NCBI GenBank assembly: GCA_965206595.1
Contig: OZ242214.1
Span: forward strand, 640,001 to 704,000
From: Candidatus Latescibacterota bacterium
Lineage (GTDB): Bacteria > Latescibacterota > UBA2968 > UBA8231
Length of the DNA: 64,000 bases
Reading direction: 5' to 3'
Numbering within the stretch: position 1 is the stretch's first letter; each line of letters opens with the position of its first letter. A program made the position numbers and the translations under genes. Of the stretch, positions 59,616 through 64,000 are shown piece by piece. Under the pieces are notes generated by a model. That model had not been told where the DNA came from, made no database searches, and worked only from the letters and a program-made list of their open reading frames with translations.

Positions 59616-62263
59616 GCCCGACGCCGGGGCGATCTCGTCGCTCGACAAGGCCGTGTAGGTCAGCGCCCCGCCCTCCGGGTCGCGGAAGCGGCCGGCCAGG
59701 TACAGATTCGCCGCCTCCCCCTCCACCTTGAGGATCTGCGCCGGCAGGCCGGCACCCAGGGTCAAGCCGTACGGTTCCTTCAGGCCGGAGGTGATCAGGT
59801 CTTCCACATCGCTGCCGTCCAGGTTGGCGCGCTGGATCTTGTCGGTGCCGTAGTCGGTCCAGTACATCTTGCCGCCTCCCAGGTCGAGGGCGATCGCCTG
59901 AGAGGTTCGCAGGCCTTCGGTGACCAGATCCTCCACCTCAGTGCCATCGAGATTGGCTCGCTGGATTTTATCGGTACCCCAGTCGGGCCAGTACATCTTG
60001 CCGGCTGCCAAGTCGAGAGTGATGCCCCGGGGTTGATTGAGGCCGGTCACCAAGTCCTCGACCTCGGAGCCGTCGAGATTGGCTCGCTGGATTTTGTCGG
60101 CGCCCCAGTCGGTTCAGTACATCTTGCCGCCGGCCACGTCGAGGGCGATGCCGTAGGGCTCGTTCAAACCGTCGGTGACCAGGTCCTCGATTCCGGTGCC
60201 GTCCAGGTTGGCGCGCTGGATTTTGTCGATGCCCCAGTCGGTCCAGTACATCTTGCCTCTGGCCAGATCGAGGGCGATGCCGAACGGCTCCTTCAAGCCT
60301 TCGACGACCAGGTCCTCTGCGTGGCTGCCGTCCAAGTTGGCGCGCCGGATCTTGTCGACGACGCTGTCGGTCCAGTACATGCGGCCGGCGTCCCGGTCGA
60401 GAGCGATGTCCCGGGGCTGCTTAAGCCCGGTTACTAGGGTGCGGATGTCACTGCCGTCGAGGTTGGACCGCTGGATCCGGTCGCTGCCGGCGTCGGTCCA
60501 GTAGACCAGGGACACGGCTACCGGGGCCTGGTTGTCCGCAACGGACGGAGTCCGGGTCAGGGCCAGGCCCCGCGGACTCTGCAAGCCCTCGGTCACGAGG
60601 TCTTCCACCTCGGAACCGTCGAGATTGGCGCGCTGGATCTTGTCGGTGCCGCTGTCCGCCCAGTAGAGCTTGCCCTCGGCCACATCCAGGATGAGACCCC
60701 GGGGGGTTTCCAGGCCGATGGTGACCAGGTCTTCCACCTCAGTGCCGTCGAGGTTGGCGCGCTGGATCTTGTCGGTGCCGCTGTCGGTCCAGTAGAGCTT
60801 GCCGCCGGCTACATCGAGAGCCAGGCTCAACGGCGACTGCAGGCCGGTGACGAGGTCTTCCACTTCGGAGCCGTCGAGGTTGGCACGCTGAATCTTGTCG
60901 GTACCGTTGTCGGACCAATAGAGCTTGCCCGCAACCGCGTCGAGGGCCAGGGCCAAGGGGGTCTGCAACCCGGTTGTCACCAAGTCTTCCAACTCGCTAC
61001 CGTCGAGATTGGCTCGTTGGATTTTGTCGGTGCCGTAGTCGGTCCAGTACAGCTTGGAGGCCGCCGCGCCACGACCAAGCCGCGCGGATAGACCAGGCCG
61101 CTGTCGACGACGTCCTCGACCCCGGAGCCATCGAGGCGGGACCGCTGGATCTTGTCGCTGCCCGCGTCCGTCCAGTAGAGCCGCGGTCCTTCGTCATCTG
61201 CCCCCACCGGGGCGCCGATCCCATCCGGAAGCGACAGGTCGGACGGGTCCGCATGGTACGCCACGATGAGGCGGGCGTCGGCCAGATCGACCTGACCGTC
61301 CCGGTTGACGTCCCCAAGGGTGATATCCCCGTTGGGAATGGAAAGGGAGGGGTCCTCGCTGTACGAGGCGACCAGCAGGGCGTCGGAGAGGTCGACTTGG
61401 CCGTTGCCGTCGACGTCTCCCAGGAGGCCGCCTGCGGCCACCTTTCCTCGAGGGAGATTGACCAGCGTTTCGACCTGGATATCGACCGGACCGTCCCCCA
61501 CCCGGAACGCCGGGTCGACGTAGGGGATGAGTCCCGGACCCGTGACCGTCAACCCGTAGACCTGCCCTTGGCCGCCGGGGGGGACCCACGACCCTGATGC
61601 TATCGCTCCCGCAGTCCTACCTGATGGATCCGCTGCACCGTCGGTGCCCGGGCTGGCTGAGGTCCCGCCACCGGAGGGAGCTATTCCCGCCGGGCCCACC
61701 GGCCCGTCCAGCAGCACCATCGACCGGGTCAGGCGCTCCCCGCCGGCCAGCAGACGGTACAGGTACACCCCCGTTGCCACACCCCGCCCTGAAGCATCAG
61801 TGGCGTTCCATGTCGCGGTGTGAAAACCGGCCGCCTGTTTCCCGTCGACCAGGGTGGCAACCCGCTGCCCCAGAATGTTGAACACCTCCAGCCGCACCCG
61901 AGTCGGGGCGGGCAGCTGGTACGGGATGATCGTCGAGGGATTGAACGGGTTGGGGTAGTTCTGCCCCAGATGCATGTGCGCCGGCAGAGTGGCGGCCTGG
62001 CGCAGGGCCGCCAGCGGCAGCGCGAAGTAGCCGCTCTCATCGGTGGTGGCGTGCAGCGAGCGGCCCAGCTCGGCGCTGTGGAACAGCCTGACCTGGACCC
62101 CCGCTGCAGGCGACCCCGTGGCAAGAAGCACCCGCCCCTCCAGCAGCGGTTCCGCACCGGCGCCGGATACCAGAACCACTACCACGAGACCGCCCAGGAC
62201 AAGCCTCGTAGGATGGGCGATTTTTTGCGCAAGCTGAGAAATGATCCTTCGATGTTTATCCAT
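59615..62263 (-). pseudogene. Secreted protein with FlgD-Ig, dockerin-like and 11 LDL-receptor class B (YWTD) repeats, disrupted
   Basis: Signal peptide, QNYPNPFNP, paired GDVDGNGQVD..D motifs and YWTD..TDKIQRANLDG repeats. Frameshift near 61068, TGG>TGA stop at 60114-60116, truncated near 59615. Confidence 0.85.
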
Positions 62264-62790
62264 GGCGATTCCCTCGTGGGTTGGTCCTGATGGAACGCGG
62301 TTCAACTTACAACAAAACCGAAGACTTCCCAGCCAGACTGCTGTCTAACCTGGCCATTTTGGTTTTACGTGTTGGCAGAGTCGGTTCGGGGCGGAAAGGC
62401 TCCCTCCATACCCATTCACAACACCGATCGCCACAGTCAGTACATAGCCCTGGCCTTCGGGATGCGCTGCCCGCCAAGCTGGGGTGCGCCCGTCCATGGG
62501 ATCGGTCGGTACCGAGGATGTTTTCCAAAATTGTGGTGTCCTTTAGGTCCCTTGGGAGGGGACTTGCTTCGGCTTCCCGGAAGCCGGGAAGGCCGGGCCT
62601 GGACACCGTTGCCGCACAGAGTGCGCGGGACAGTCTGACCTATTCGCCGTGGCCCCAGGGAGCGACCCTTCGCCCCCTCCGGCTCATTTTATAGGTAATA
62701 GGGGCCAACAGCTCGGAAAAGGACCCTGCAAGTAGGGGAAGAAACCAGCCCAATTGCAGCCGGCCAACAAGAAATCAGAGGGGAGGCGCT

Positions 62791-63290
62791 TCAGTTCTTC
62801 TGCAGGGCCAGCCAGCGTTCCCACCAGAGCCGCACCCGGTCGGGCAGGGCCGGTCCGATGTTCTCGGCCACGCGCCACTGGAAGCGCTTGTCCGGCTCCA
62901 GCTGGGGCTCGTCCGGGTCGTACTTGCACAGCCCCCCCCGTCAGCACGAGCCGCTGGTTCACCCCCGGGGGCAGCTTGCCGCGGTGGATGGGGTTACCGT
63001 CCCGGAACAGGGTCTGGCCCCGCTTGAGGACGATGTTCTCCATGCCGGGGAGATCCCTGTGCCTGTCGGAGACGAGGGCGTCCCGCTCCTCGTCGGTGCG
63101 GTAGCGGCTCTGGCTCCAGGGGACCAGCCACAGGCAGGGGTCGTCGATCAGGGCCAGCTGCCAGCGGAAGTTCGTCCACCTCTCCGGACCGCACCTTCTT
63201 CCAGACGTTCCAGGGGGCGGTCTCCAGGCGTTCCAGCAGATCGGGGCCGAAGACGTCGTCGACGATGAAAATACCCGCGGCCCCGCCGCA
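62791..63290 (-). pseudogene. Degenerate PhyH-family dioxygenase
   Basis: Fragments GIFIVDDVFGPDLLERL, ALIDDPCLWLVPWSQ.R.RT, LKRGQTLF..GN.IHRG and WWERWLALQKN* lie in different frames. The HxD region is missing. Confidence 0.65.
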
Positions 63291-63764
63291 GTTCGAGAGG
63301 GAGTGGAATGGTATCCGTAGGCTCCCCTTGCCGCCGATGGCACCGGAGTGTGTGGTCCAGGACACAGAACCGTGTGCTGGAGCACCCAGGGAGCATCCCC
63401 GGGGGGCAGGCCCATGCACCAAGGCCGGTCATTTTTTTCCTGCAAACTTGGTATGGGTCAGGCACGGCCGTAGGAATAGTATCGCGTCGGGCCAGTGGCG
63501 AAACGAATGCGGACCAGTTTTGCCAGAGGGAGTGGACCGAGGGTCGTTACTAGGGATTTGTGTGAGAAGGGGCACAGCGTCACCCTGGCTAGAGGCGTCC
63601 GTTGGGCCATCGAGGCTCCTGGCCCAGATTTTGCGTCCGAGCAAGAGTAAATCCAGCGTACACCCAATGGGAAGAAAATCCGGGGAGTGCGGAGTCACAC
63701 TACAGGAGTGGGGCCGGAGTGGATGGGGTGGTCAAAATCCGGATCGGTTGGTTGGTACCCTGAC

Positions 63765-64000
63765 ATGACAGAAATGAAAAATCACAGGTCTGAAAGGAGA
63801 AGACTAACCGGTAGAAAACCCGGGCCTATTTGGTCGGGATCATTTGCCGGTTTCGATTTGGTATATCTGCCTGATGATGGACAGAGGCTACTCAAGCCGT
63901 CAGCAAGTACCCTGGTAGGGGAAATGGGAGACCAGGCCGGGCTGCGAGGGAGTCGGGCAATTCATCATTATAACCAGGGGGAAAAGGCGTTCAAGGAACG
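63765..64000 (+). CDS. Possible 5' part of a gene running off the window
   Basis: Open from ATG 63765 to the end. The last residues AIHHYNQGEKAFKE look like the start of a TPR. Confidence 0.3.
   Translation, partial: MTEMKNHRSERRRLTGRKPGPIWSGSFAGFDLVYLPDDGQRLLKPSASTLVGEMGDQAGLRGSRAIHHYNQGEKAFKE

Noticed and set aside
59376-60437. 353-aa ORF as a real gene
   Set aside because: Only the first ~80 aa are the AbiTii tail; the rest is antisense read-through of YWTD repeats.
59750-61190. Regular ~130-bp repeats as a CRISPR or non-coding array
   Set aside because: They are degenerate coding YWTD repeats.
62300-63760. Short ORFs or an RNA gene near the window end
   Set aside because: Apart from the PhyH remnant I recognised no protein motif, tRNA cloverleaf or riboswitch consensus.

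Overview
High-GC bacterial window, probably from an FCB-group or Latescibacterota/Gemmatimonadota-like organism; this is inferred from the NxPNPFN/FlgD-Ig sorting domains, the expanded PhyH dioxygenases and the YWTD repeats. About 2.8-41 kb is a minus-strand defence island. Its core is a complete type 1 BREX operon (brxA-brxB-brxC...pglX...pglZ-brxL) split by two blocks of cargo genes. Between brxC and pglX lie an ADP-ribosylglycohydrolase, an ABC-type ATPase with a degenerate active site, a Schlafen/AlbA-NB-ARC-TPR protein, a ThsB-like TIR and a small multi-TM protein. Between pglX and pglZ lie an ABC ATPase, a TOPRIM-stub::HATPase fusion, a PHP-ATPase (Ppl/TrlF-like), an AlbA-HATPase, KTSC and an orphan gene. 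Downstream are a type IIG/ISP-like RM enzyme, a hicB remnant, a frameshifted AAA_14 ATPase and a NACHT protein with a C-terminal nuclease-like domain. The flanks carry kbl, gndA, sugar-acid enzymes, beta-propeller hydrolases and PhyH genes. A second AT-rich islet at 56.7-59.6 kb holds a STAS/HATPase kinase, a DUF4325-like STAS protein, a membrane protein and an AbiTii remnant. Many accessory genes are frameshifted, truncated or fused, and I recognised no integrase, transposase, tRNA or CRISPR array. All family assignments come from reading motifs by eye, not from database searches.
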